Shown: positions 33,945 through 42,928, counted from the stretch's first letter. The stretch is DNA of 64,000 bases from Nanobdellota archaeon (GCA_022561055.1 JADFRY010000001.1:121262-185261); one strand, 5' to 3'. A program made the numbers and translations. The notes: generated by a model from the sequence alone, not told the origin.

Positions 33945-35027
33945 ATGGGAAGTGTGAAAGATTTAACGATAACAACTGAACCGACAGAGGCATACTTTGG
34001 AGAGGGTATTTTTGAGTTCTCAGATAGGTTTTCTGTGTTTGATTGGGGTGCCATGCCTGATGAGATTCCACATAAGGGTGCTGCTTTGTGTATGATGGCT
34101 GCCTGGAACTTTGAGGAACTTGAGAAGAGAGGAATTCCTACTCATTATTTCGGCGTTGAGAGTGGTTGGCAAGGGGCGATAACAACGGAGGATCTTGATA
34201 AACCAAGTGACGCTATGGTTGTTATGATAGCTAATGTTTATAGGCCTGAATTTATTGATGGAAAATGGAATTATGATCGTTTTGGTGGAATTAAGGGAAG
34301 GTCTGGAAATTTTGTTGTTCCGCTGGAAGTTATTTATAGAAATGGTGCTCCCAAGGGTAGTTCGTTATTTAGGAAAATAGATAAGTTTAGGGATAAGGGT
34401 GATGAAGAAGGGTTAGAAAAACTTCTGACTAGCCTTGGATTGTCTGATGTTCCAGAACCAGGAGATATGTTTCCAGAGAGGGTTTATGATTTTACAACTA
34501 AGTTTGAGAAGATTGATAGGCCTGTTAGTGATAAAGAAGCTTTTTATATGTCTGGATTGACAGAAGATCAATTTGAAAGATTAATAGGGATGAGAAGAAG
34601 TGTTGCTGATTTTATTGGATCGAGGGCTGGGGAAGTAGGACTTGTTGATTATGATGGGAAGTTTGAATTTATTATTGACGATGGAGAAATAAGGCTTGCT
34701 GATGTTGCTGGAACTCCCGATGAGAATAGATTTATGTTAAATGGGAGACAAGTGAGTAAAGAATTTTTAAGACAAGTGTACAAAAGCACACAACCAGCCT
34801 GGTATGTCGCTGTTGAACGAGCGAAAGAGGAAGCTGAAAGTCGTGGAATAAAAAACTGGAAATCTCTTGTTAGTAGTCAGCCAGCTCATCTGGATCCTCG
34901 GCTTGTTGAACTGGTTGGTGAGATGTATGCGTCTGTTTCTGATAGATATACTGGTTTAAATTTATTTGATGTTAGACCTTTAGAAGAAGTTATGGATGAT
35001 TTAGAGCCTTTTAGGGCTGTTGCGTGA
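33945..35027 (+). CDS. purC: SAICAR synthetase (long form)
   Basis: The likely start is ATG 33945 (MGSVKDL...), just after the purH-C stop. FSDRFSVFDWG resembles the DRxSxFD motif. The track ORF extends upstream to 33888 in a region that overlaps purH-C. Confidence 0.75.
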   Translation: MGSVKDLTITTEPTEAYFGEGIFEFSDRFSVFDWGAMPDEIPHKGAALCMMAAWNFEELEKRGIPTHYFGVESGWQGAITTEDLDKPSDAMVVMIANVYRPEFIDGKWNYDRFGGIKGRSGNFVVPLEVIYRNGAPKGSSLFRKIDKFRDKGDEEGLEKLLTSLGLSDVPEPGDMFPERVYDFTTKFEKIDRPVSDKEAFYMSGLTEDQFERLIGMRRSVADFIGSRAGEVGLVDYDGKFEFIIDDGEIRLADVAGTPDENRFMLNGRQVSKEFLRQVYKSTQPAWYVAVERAKEEAESRGIKNWKSLVSSQPAHLDPRLVELVGEMYASVSDRYTGLNLFDVRPLEEVMDDLEPFRAVA

Positions 35028-36490
35028 AAATGGTAAAAGATAATCTTAATTTAGTTAGTAAATTAAGTTCCGAAGAAGAAGCTGAATTGCGTTTTGCTTT
35101 GGAATGTATTTCTCCTGATGATGCAAAATATAGGAAGGCAACTAAGCCAATTCGAAAAGCAATTGGACCGAGAGCAGAATGGGAAGGATGTTTTAATCTT
35201 CAATATCTCTTATTAGAGACAAGAGCAAAATTTGGGAAAGCCGATAGAAAACATGTTAAAGAAGTTAGATTAATTCTTGATAGAGTTGATTCTCTTAATG
35301 CAAGTTTGTTGGAAGAAGAAGTAACGAGGCATGATCAACAAGCTGTTCTAGCTGAAATAGGTAGGTTTGTTACAATAGCAACGAGAGCTCTTCTACATCC
35401 TGGAGTAACCTCTTATGATATTTTGGATACGGTTAGATCTTCTTTGTTTAAGAAAGCTTGGTTTGATGTTATGAGGCCTAAGATTGGAGAAGTTGCTGAG
35501 CAGTTTTGTGATTTTGCTGAAGATACTATAGACGTAATTCAGGTCGGGAGGACGCATATACAGGATACCTCGCCAGTTCCTTTTGGTGTTACAATGGCTG
35601 GATATGCGAGAAGAATTTCAGAAAGAGCTGAGTATCTTGATAGAGCGTTTGATGATTTAAGAGGCAAGGTTAGAGGAATGGTTGGTACTGGTGCAAGCAT
35701 TGAAATGATTGTTGGGAAAGGTAGAGCTTCAGATTTTGAAAAAGCAGTACTTGGTAAACTAGGATTAAAGCCAGATTTAACTGCAACACAAGTTACCCAA
35801 AAAGAACGATTGGTTGATGTTGGGCATGGTTTAGTAACATTGGCTTCTGTTTTAGGAGATTTTGCAGGCGATGTAAGGCTTTTGTATTCTTCTGCAATAA
35901 GAGAGCTCGTAAGCAGTGATAGTTCTAAAATTCTTGGAGGCTCAAGTGCTGATGCAGCAAAAGATAATCCAATTAATTATGAAAATATGGAAGGCAAAGT
36001 GCCAGTGATTGAGTCTGGAATGAGAGTATTATATTCTATGATTTCTACAGATTTACAAAGAGATTTGAGAAGCTCTGTACAAGGAAGATATCAACCTCAG
36101 CAAATGATGGCACAAGTGTATGAGATGTTTGTAAGAATGAATAAAGCAATGAAAACTCTTTGTGTTAATAAAGATAAAATGAGCAATAATTTAATTTCTG
36201 TAAGGGAATTTCCGAGTGAAGCAATGGTTGCTATTTTGAGAGGAGAAGGATGGATGCATCCAGATTATGGAGATGGTCATGATTTTGTTAAGAATATATC
36301 TCAAAAAGCTAAAGCAAATCGACAAAAACTTTTAGGTGTTGCATTAACAGATGAGAGGTTTAAGTCTCTTTATGAAACTCTTCCTCAAGAAAAGCAGCGC
36401 ATTTTACAAGGAGAAATGGAATTATATGTGGGAGATTCTCCTGAAAGAGCACGAGATAATATTACATATGCAAGAAAAGTATTTGAATAG
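35024..36490 (+). CDS. purB: Adenylosuccinate lyase-family protein, divergent signature loop
   Basis: GRTHIQDTSPVPFG matches the fumarate-lyase family. The signature loop reads GGSSADAAKDNPINYEN, where GSSAMPHKRNP would be expected. It overlaps purC by 4 nt. Confidence 0.65.
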   Translation: MKMVKDNLNLVSKLSSEEEAELRFALECISPDDAKYRKATKPIRKAIGPRAEWEGCFNLQYLLLETRAKFGKADRKHVKEVRLILDRVDSLNASLLEEEVTRHDQQAVLAEIGRFVTIATRALLHPGVTSYDILDTVRSSLFKKAWFDVMRPKIGEVAEQFCDFAEDTIDVIQVGRTHIQDTSPVPFGVTMAGYARRISERAEYLDRAFDDLRGKVRGMVGTGASIEMIVGKGRASDFEKAVLGKLGLKPDLTATQVTQKERLVDVGHGLVTLASVLGDFAGDVRLLYSSAIRELVSSDSSKILGGSSADAAKDNPINYENMEGKVPVIESGMRVLYSMISTDLQRDLRSSVQGRYQPQQMMAQVYEMFVRMNKAMKTLCVNKDKMSNNLISVREFPSEAMVAILRGEGWMHPDYGDGHDFVKNISQKAKANRQKLLGVALTDERFKSLYETLPQEKQRILQGEMELYVGDSPERARDNITYARKVFE

Positions 36491-36533
36491 AGATTAGCAA
36501 ACCTTTAAAAACACTCTTTATTATTTTTGGAGT

Positions 36534-36791
36534 ATGGAAGTAGAGATTATTAATTCAGAAAAAAATGATTTTGATATTAGGATAGATAATTTAACTGTAG
36601 CTGAGATTTTGCGTGTTTATTTAAATGAGCAAGGAATAAAGTTTGCTGCTTGGCGAAGAGAGCATTATTCAAAACCAATTATTTTTAAAATTCAGACTTC
36701 TGGAAAAACAGTCAAGAGAGCTGTAAGTGAGGCTGTTGCAGCTATTAAAAAAGATAGTGATGCGATTATTAAGGGTTTGAAGAAAAAATAA
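36534..36791 (+). CDS. rpoL: DNA-directed RNA polymerase subunit L (Rpo11)
   Basis: Its size and the pattern NDFDIRIDNLTVAEILRVYLNEQGIKFAAWRREHYSKPIIFKIQTSGKT fit the Rpo11/RpoL fold. Confidence 0.7.
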   Translation: MEVEIINSEKNDFDIRIDNLTVAEILRVYLNEQGIKFAAWRREHYSKPIIFKIQTSGKTVKRAVSEAVAAIKKDSDAIIKGLKKK

Positions 36792-37019
36792 TATCAACTC
36801 AACCATGTAGTTCTCATTGATTATATTAATTACTAAACTACATAACCTCGCCTAACCCTTTGTTATCATCTAATACTTGAGATCTTGAGATATTATTAAT
36901 GATTAATCATGTTTTTATTATAATTTTTTATTTATTATTTAAAATCTAAACATATAATTGAAAAGAACTAAACGTTAGATTTATTAATCCTTTTTCTTTT
37001 GTAGGTAAGGAGGTGGAAA

Positions 37020-37217
37020 ATGAAATGTAATTGTAAGTGGTGTACTAGTATTATGGCTATAGTGATATTAGTATTTCTATTCTGGCAGACAGTAGCTTCT
37101 ACATGGATAATTGCAATTGCTGCGATTTTATTGTTGGTTCATGCATGGGTTTGCAAAAATTGTGGTATTTGTTCTCCAGAGATGGCAGCCAAGCCAGCAG
37201 GGAAGAAAAAAAGATAG
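37020..37217 (+). CDS. Small two-TM protein with N- and C-terminal Cys motifs and a basic tail
   Basis: MKCNCKWC...two TM helices...VCKNCGICSP...KKKR. A strong SD-like GGAGGTG lies at 37009-37015. Confidence 0.55.
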   Translation: MKCNCKWCTSIMAIVILVFLFWQTVASTWIIAIAAILLLVHAWVCKNCGICSPEMAAKPAGKKKR

Positions 37218-37269
37218 TTGTATTTATTAACAGTTTTCTTATTTTTCATGTTTGGAAAAGGAGGTGACA

Positions 37270-37482
37270 ATGCTAAATAGAACTTGGAAAATCGTGTTAC
37301 TGGTGATTGCACTGGTGTTTGTGATTTGGCCTGGCTTGCTTTTTAATACAGCAACAAATTGGATAGCCTTGATTGCAATAGTAATCTTGTTGCTTGGCGA
37401 ATTTACATGCAAGAGTTGTGGCCCATCTATGTCGACTACATCGGCTAAGTCAGCTAGAAGGTCGGCTCGAAGAAGCAGATAA
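37270..37482 (+). CDS. Small two-TM protein with a CxxC motif and basic tail (paralog of 37020..37217)
   Basis: The ATG at 37270 is preceded by GGAGGTG (37260-37266). It has two TM helices, then FTCKSCGP and the tail SAKSARRSARRSR. The track ORF starts at TTG 37252. Confidence 0.55.
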   Translation: MLNRTWKIVLLVIALVFVIWPGLLFNTATNWIALIAIVILLLGEFTCKSCGPSMSTTSAKSARRSARRSR

Positions 37483-37536
37483 TTAATTAATTTTGATTAT
37501 AATCATTTTTATATATTATTGATAATTTGTTTATTT

Positions 37537-38250
37537 ATGACTAAAATATCCGCGGGAAGTTATGATTTGAATAAGTGGCTTCATGGCGGCTATGATACTG
37601 ATATTATAACTACTATTTATGGCGGGGCCGGAACTGGGAAAACGAATTTTTGCTTGCTTGCCGCAGTGAGCCTGGCTAAAAAAGGAAAAAAGATAATTTT
37701 CATCGATACCGAGGGAGGTTTTTCTTCTGAGAGAGTTAAACAAATACTTGGAAAAGAAAGTGAAAACTATGAAAATGTTTTGAAAAATATTCTTGTTTTG
37801 AAACCGACTAATTTTAGTGAGCAGAAAGATGCTTTCAAGCAATTGTTTAAACATTTGAAGAAGCAGGTTTCTTTGATTATCATTGATGGTATGACGATGC
37901 TTTATAGATTGGATTTTGCAGATGCGCGGGAGAATAAAGTTAATGGAGGGGAAAGCCTGGAAGGCATACAAAAAGTTAATGCGGAGTTGACGAGACAAAT
38001 GAGGATTTTGGCGGAAATTGCAAGGAAGCAAGATATTCCTGTTGTTGTTACGAATCAAGTTTACAATTGGGAGAACGAGAGTAAAATGGTTGGAGGAGAT
38101 ATTTTGAAATATTGGAGTAAATGCTTAATTGAGGTTGTTAATGATGGAGGCAAGCGAACAGTTTATTTGAGAAAGCATAGGAGTTTGCCGGAAAAGAGTT
38201 TAAGTTTTCAGATAACAAATGAAGGAATTAAGAAGAAGGGTTGGATTTAA
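37537..38250 (+). CDS. radB: DNA repair and recombination protein RadB
   Basis: LNKWLHGGYDTDIITTIYGGAGTGKTNFCL contains Walker A, and LIIIDGMT contains Walker B. The ~237-aa size without an N-terminal HhH domain fits RadB. The likely start is ATG 37537. Confidence 0.85.
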   Translation: MTKISAGSYDLNKWLHGGYDTDIITTIYGGAGTGKTNFCLLAAVSLAKKGKKIIFIDTEGGFSSERVKQILGKESENYENVLKNILVLKPTNFSEQKDAFKQLFKHLKKQVSLIIIDGMTMLYRLDFADARENKVNGGESLEGIQKVNAELTRQMRILAEIARKQDIPVVVTNQVYNWENESKMVGGDILKYWSKCLIEVVNDGGKRTVYLRKHRSLPEKSLSFQITNEGIKKKGWI

Positions 38251-38325
38251 ATTAGTGAGAGATTATTGAGGAGAGACTGGATTTAGATGGAAAGACTTAA
38301 ATATAAGTTATAAGTTATAATTTAC

Positions 38326-38538
38326 ATGAAAACAATAGCACTTAAAGAAAACACTTTTAGGATATTGGGTGAAATGAAGAGAAAAGCTAAGGCATCTTCT
38401 TTTGATGAATTAATAGTGGAGCTTGTAAAGAGGAAAGATAATATTCCGGAGTCTATGTTTGGCTCTCTGAAAGGAAAAACTAAGGGTTTCAACTCTGAAG
38501 AAAGAGAGTTTCTCTGGAAGGATGAATATAGAGAATGA
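38326..38538 (+). CDS. Type II antitoxin (VapB-like)
   Basis: 70-aa ORF that overlaps the downstream PIN gene by 4 nt. Its N-terminal beta-strand and helix pattern is typical of small antitoxins. Confidence 0.6.
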   Translation: MKTIALKENTFRILGEMKRKAKASSFDELIVELVKRKDNIPESMFGSLKGKTKGFNSEEREFLWKDEYRE

Positions 38539-38915
38539 AAGTTGTTTTTGATACTTATGCATGGATAGAGTATTTTTTAGGAAGTAAAAAAGGGCTTAAA
38601 GTTAAGGAGTTTTTGGAGAGAGGAGATGAGATTATTACTCCCTCGATAGTTCTTTTGGAGATGAGTGTTAAGTCGAATAAAGAGGGATGGAATTTTGAAA
38701 AGCAGTTAAAGTTTATAAAAATGAATTCTAAAGTTTCTGGGTTTAATGATGAGTTTGTTAGTTCTTTTGGGAAAATTTATAACAAGACTAAAAAGTCTAT
38801 CAAAGGAATAGGAATTGTAGATTGTATTGTGTTGACAACAGCGGTTTTGGCTGATGCAAAAATCTTGACGGGAGACAAGCATTTTGAGAAAATTGACAGA
38901 GCTGTTTTATTATAG
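38535..38915 (+). CDS. vapC: PIN-domain ribonuclease toxin (VapC-like)
   Basis: MKVVFDTYAWIEYF carries the first acidic residue of the PIN motif, and GIVDCIVLTTAVLADAKILTGDKHF carries the C-terminal acidic residues. Confidence 0.8.
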   Translation: MKVVFDTYAWIEYFLGSKKGLKVKEFLERGDEIITPSIVLLEMSVKSNKEGWNFEKQLKFIKMNSKVSGFNDEFVSSFGKIYNKTKKSIKGIGIVDCIVLTTAVLADAKILTGDKHFEKIDRAVLL

Positions 38916-38946
38916 GAAGTTTAGGGAGGATTTGATGGCATAAGGA

Positions 38947-39345
38947 TTAAATAATACCTAATATCTCTTCTGGAGTTATTGCCTTTATACCTCTGAATTC
39001 TTTTAGGTTTAGAAGATGTTTATCATAGGTTATTATATGTTTAGCATTACTTTCAACTGCGCATTCTATTATTTTATTATCTTCTGGATCATCTTTCACA
39101 ACATCTATTTTTTCAGCTGGTTCTACAAGCGTCACAAATGATAAAACCTTTTCCATAATATTTATAATTTCTTCATCAGAGTATTCAAAATCTCTTTTGA
39201 GAATTTTTTGATATTCAATAAGGATTTTATTAGATGTGAATATTTTACTATCTGACTGTATTAATTTGAACAATAATTTTTGTGCTACACTATTATTCCA
39301 AAGGGTAGAAGAAATTATTACATTTGTGTCAAATACGACATTCAT
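38947..39345 (-). CDS. PIN-domain toxin (second, unrelated subfamily)
   Basis: MNVVFDTNVIISS... and DPEDNKIIECAVESNAKHIITYDKHLL match the PIN pattern. Confidence 0.8.
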   Translation of the reverse strand: MNVVFDTNVIISSTLWNNSVAQKLLFKLIQSDSKIFTSNKILIEYQKILKRDFEYSDEEIINIMEKVLSFVTLVEPAEKIDVVKDDPEDNKIIECAVESNAKHIITYDKHLLNLKEFRGIKAITPEEILGII

Positions 39346-39614
39346 TATTTTCTCCTTGATTTTTGAACAATTTCTGGTATATCTGATTCTTTTATGCCCT
39401 TTCTTTCTAAGCGCTTTCTTCCTTCTTTTGCGATTGATTCAAGTTCTTTTATTAAGGCTTCTTTTGAAGGGGTTTTTATTTTTTTTAACACAATTGAATC
39501 TTTTGTTCCCATAACTACAAAAATTGTTCCTTCCTCTGCTTTTATTCTTTCTCTTATATCTAAGGGAATAACAATTTGCCCCCTTGATGACATTTTTGTT
39601 GTTTCTATTTCCAT
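39345..39614 (-). CDS. AbrB/SpoVT-family antitoxin
   Basis: KMSSRGQIVIPLDIRERIKAEEGTIFVV is the swapped-hairpin AbrB motif. Its stop overlaps the PIN gene's start by 1 nt. Confidence 0.8.
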   Translation of the reverse strand: MEIETTKMSSRGQIVIPLDIRERIKAEEGTIFVVMGTKDSIVLKKIKTPSKEALIKELESIAKEGRKRLERKGIKESDIPEIVQKSRRK

Positions 39615-39700
39615 TTTCTTATTATAAGATAATAAGATTTTCTTATTTATAAACTTTTCGGTAGAATTTTAGTTTTGGAATTAAGAAGAGATATTGGATT

Positions 39701-39736
39701 TAGTAAGTTATTTAAATCAAATTACTCTGTAGGTTT
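39701..39736 (+). promoter_or_regulatory. Promoter region of surface-protein gene 1 (TATA-like tatttaaatc)
   Basis: The sequence is tagtaagttatttaaatcaaattactctgtaggttt followed by ATG. Homologous sequence also occurs at 42791-42836 and 52610-52658. Confidence 0.4.
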
Positions 39737-42700
39737 ATGCGAAAAAAGTGGTGGATGATTATTATTGTTTTGATTGCTTTGTTAGTTGTCGTTGCTAGTT
39801 ATAATTATATTACTACTGGTGTTCTTTTTGCTCCTTTTTTAGATAGTGATGGTGCTGATGGTTTTATTGGTGAGGAAAGTTTTGGGGTTGTTGAGAGTGA
39901 TGGAGCTGAAGATACGATTATAGAAGACGAGGAATTGAAAGTAGGAAATATATTAGAGAGGCTTTTTGCCGGCGAGGAGCGGGTCGCTCCTAGGACATTT
40001 AAGGTCTTTGCAACAGATTCTAATTTTACAGGAGATGTTTTGAATAGGGCTGATGAAATTTGTAATGATGCGGCTTCTAATGCTGGATTGAGGGGGAATT
40101 ATGTGGCTTTATTGAGCACGACGAGGGAACATGCCGTGGATAAAATACAAGATGGGAAATACTTGAGAGTCGATGGAGTTAAGATTGCAGATAACAAGAG
40201 AGATTTGTTTGATGGGACTATTGATAACCCTTTAAATGTTAATGAGTTTGGTAATGTATTGCCTACGCTTACTTGCGATAGTAATGGATTTGAGTGTAAT
40301 TTAATTTATACCGGTAGTAAGGTTGATGGCACTTTAGATCCTGGTTTTAATTGTAATGATTGGAATTCTATCTCTGCACTTTCTACAGTTGGACATTATC
40401 CAAGTGTCGATCATAATTGGATAAATACAAATAATGTTTCTTGTTCTGAAGTCTTAGGAATTTATTGTTTTGAATCTTATGTTACTAGGCCAGAGTGTGA
40501 TGAGGTTTACACTGTACGGGATTTAGATAATGTAAGGAATGATTTAGATGCTTGTTATATCCAGATGGCAGATATTGATATGACAGGAGTGGTTTGGGAG
40601 CCTATTGGACAGATAGACCTTAATATGTTTCCGAGTCCGAATGACAGACCATTCACAGGAAGATACGATGGTAATGGATTTAAGATAACTAATTTTGAAA
40701 TACCTGAAACAAATGCTTCTGCTTTATTTGCTTATTCTACTGGAATTATAGAGAATGTTACTATTGATGGTTTTAATATAGATACTAGGAATTCTTTAGG
40801 GATAATAGGTTCTTTAATTGCTGTTAATGAAGGGGTTGTGAGAAATTCTTTGGCTAAAAATGGATTTATGAGAGTCGCCGGTTCATCCATCCTTTCAGAA
40901 GGTATTGGTGGTTTAATTGGTGCAAATCTTGAAGGGAATATAAGGAATTCTGGAGTTATTAGAGTAACTATTTTTGGAAATAGTTTTGTTGGAGGGCTTA
41001 TGGGGGGAACGTTGTATGGTATAATTGAAAGTACCTATGCAGAAGATGTAAATGTTCAATCTCAGGGCAGGGATAGGTTTGTAGGAGGTCTTATAGGAGT
41101 AGTGGCAGGAACTGGGTCTATAAAAGACACAAATATAACTGACTCGTATGCAACTGGCAATGTTGGAAATGGCAATGAAAATGATGTTGGAGGGTTAATT
41201 GGAGGTTTCGAAGGGATTGAATCAGAATTATATAATTCTCATTTTAGAGGTGTTGTTAATGGAAGAGGAAAGGTGGGAGGTCTTATAGGGTCAGGAGAGT
41301 TTGTAACTGTTGGAAATTCTTATTCTCTTGGAACTGTTAACGGAGATTATGATGTTGGCGGACTAATTGGAGTTGCAAGGCATGTAGATATTGTAGATAG
41401 CTTTTCAACAAGTACAGTTCAGGGTAAACAATTTGTAGGAGGTTTGGTTGGAGGCATGGTTAGAAGCTCTATTAAGGATTCTCACAGTAGTGGTAATGTA
41501 AGTGGAGAAATAAGTGTTGGTGGACTAATAGGTAGTCTTTGGCAGGGAGACAATAGTATATTTAAATCATATGCAACAGGAAATGTGTTTGGGAGAAATG
41601 ATGTTGGTGGTTTCGCCGGGTACATTAGTGATTCTGCTTTAGTAAATGAATCTTTTGCTCTAGGCAATGTTGTTGGTAATATAAGTACTATTATAAGTAC
41701 TATTGGAGGATTCGCAGGGATTAATGGCGGAAATGTAACTAATTCATTTTCTAAAGGGTCAGTGTTAGGAACTAATTTAGTGGGAGGTTTCGTTGGAAGT
41801 GATTTATTTGGAGTAATGTTACAAGGAGCTCCTGAACATTCTTATTCTACTGGATTTGTCAGTGGAAATTACTCTGTAGGAGGCTTTTCAGGGGGAGGAA
41901 CGTTGGTTTCTAATACAAATTACTGGGACATTGAAACCTCAAATCAAACAACAAGTGCTGGAGGAGTTGGCAAAACAACAGCAGAAATGAAAAGGCAGAA
42001 TACATTTGAAAATTGGGACTTTAATAGAGTTTGGGATATTGCAGAAGATAGAACTTATCCGTTCTTGAGGTGGATGTCTGAGGAGGAATTGGTTGTACAC
42101 TATAAGTTTGATGAAATTACAAACGGCAAGACACCAGATAGTTCGATATTCAGATATGATGCGGATGTTTCAGGAGCTACATTATGGCAGTGGGGAAATA
42201 TAGACAAGGCATTGAATTTCAGTGGTTGGAGAGATTTTGTCTCTGTGGAAGATACTCCATTTTTGTATTCAGATAAGGAAATAACTATTTCGGCTTGGGT
42301 TAATACGAAGAAAAAATGGAAGCCTCTCCAAACTATTGCTTGGAAAGGAAATCCGGAGGGAAGTGCTGTTAATAGTAGTAATAGAGAGTTTGCTTTATTC
42401 TTGGCAGGGTCTGAAGACCCTAGTGCTGGAGGACAACATAATAGCAAGGTGCAAATAGTATTTACTCCTGAAAATAGAATTGGAGTAGGACAGATTCCAT
42501 GCACGACAAATACTTTTCCTATCAGAGCAGAAAATTGGTGGTATCATGTTGCCGGCGTTATCGATGTTAGAAATCAAGTAATGAAGATTTATGTTGATGG
42601 AGTGGAGGTTAAGACATGTAATATTCTTGGCATATCAAATATTAGAAATACAAATGGTTCGTTGGTTGTAGGGAATAAGATGCCATTGCCTGCCGGTAGC

Positions 42701-42790
42701 AGCGCAGGATTTACAGGAATGATTGATGATTTTAGACTTTATAGCAGGGTTTTGAGTGATGTGGAAATATTTGATTTGGCTAATGTGTGA
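39737..42790 (+). CDS. Large membrane-anchored surface protein 1: Cys-containing lectin-like domain, GLUG repeats and a LamG-like domain
   Basis: N-terminal TM anchor WWMIIIVLIALLVVVA. A ~190-aa domain follows (FKVFATDSNFTGDVLNRADEICN...NCNDWNS...LGIYCFE, tentatively DUF1554/endostatin-like). It has 12 or more GLUG-type units (VGGLIG, VGGLMG, VGGFAG). The C-terminus is a concanavalin-A/LamG-like domain (VHYKFDE...ALNFSG...ITISAWVN...WYHVAGV...IYVDGV...IDDFRLYSRVLS). Confidence 0.85.
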   Translation: MRKKWWMIIIVLIALLVVVASYNYITTGVLFAPFLDSDGADGFIGEESFGVVESDGAEDTIIEDEELKVGNILERLFAGEERVAPRTFKVFATDSNFTGDVLNRADEICNDAASNAGLRGNYVALLSTTREHAVDKIQDGKYLRVDGVKIADNKRDLFDGTIDNPLNVNEFGNVLPTLTCDSNGFECNLIYTGSKVDGTLDPGFNCNDWNSISALSTVGHYPSVDHNWINTNNVSCSEVLGIYCFESYVTRPECDEVYTVRDLDNVRNDLDACYIQMADIDMTGVVWEPIGQIDLNMFPSPNDRPFTGRYDGNGFKITNFEIPETNASALFAYSTGIIENVTIDGFNIDTRNSLGIIGSLIAVNEGVVRNSLAKNGFMRVAGSSILSEGIGGLIGANLEGNIRNSGVIRVTIFGNSFVGGLMGGTLYGIIESTYAEDVNVQSQGRDRFVGGLIGVVAGTGSIKDTNITDSYATGNVGNGNENDVGGLIGGFEGIESELYNSHFRGVVNGRGKVGGLIGSGEFVTVGNSYSLGTVNGDYDVGGLIGVARHVDIVDSFSTSTVQGKQFVGGLVGGMVRSSIKDSHSSGNVSGEISVGGLIGSLWQGDNSIFKSYATGNVFGRNDVGGFAGYISDSALVNESFALGNVVGNISTIISTIGGFAGINGGNVTNSFSKGSVLGTNLVGGFVGSDLFGVMLQGAPEHSYSTGFVSGNYSVGGFSGGGTLVSNTNYWDIETSNQTTSAGGVGKTTAEMKRQNTFENWDFNRVWDIAEDRTYPFLRWMSEEELVVHYKFDEITNGKTPDSSIFRYDADVSGATLWQWGNIDKALNFSGWRDFVSVEDTPFLYSDKEITISAWVNTKKKWKPLQTIAWKGNPEGSAVNSSNREFALFLAGSEDPSAGGQHNSKVQIVFTPENRIGVGQIPCTTNTFPIRAENWWYHVAGVIDVRNQVMKIYVDGVEVKTCNILGISNIRNTNGSLVVGNKMPLPAGSSAGFTGMIDDFRLYSRVLSDVEIFDLANV
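39983..40483 (+). repeat. 501-bp near-identical block shared with 52878..53378
   Basis: Aligned by eye: about 14 substitutions and no indels, and the last ~155 nt are identical. The block lies inside the lectin-like domain of both surface-protein genes. Confidence 0.85.
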
Positions 42791-42836
42791 TAGTAAGTTT
42801 TAGTATTATATCAAGGATAATTATTTAAATCAAATT
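42791..42836 (+). promoter_or_regulatory. Orphan third copy of the surface-protein upstream/promoter sequence
   Basis: tagtaagtt...tcaaggataattatttaaatcaaatt combines elements seen upstream of both gene 1 (tagtaagttatttaaatcaaatt) and gene 2 (tcaaggataatttaggtaatatatttaaac). No surface-protein ORF follows it. Confidence 0.45.
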
Positions 42837-42928
42837 TTCAACACACCAAAAATATTATAAACACACTATTTCTTAATGTATTAACATAATCCCAGGTGAT
42901 CCGAAAGGGTTGCCTGATGCTTTAAAAA

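Noticed and set aside
37531-38058. 175-aa minus-strand ORF.
   Set aside because: It is antisense to radB, which has clear Walker motifs. No motifs support the antisense frame.
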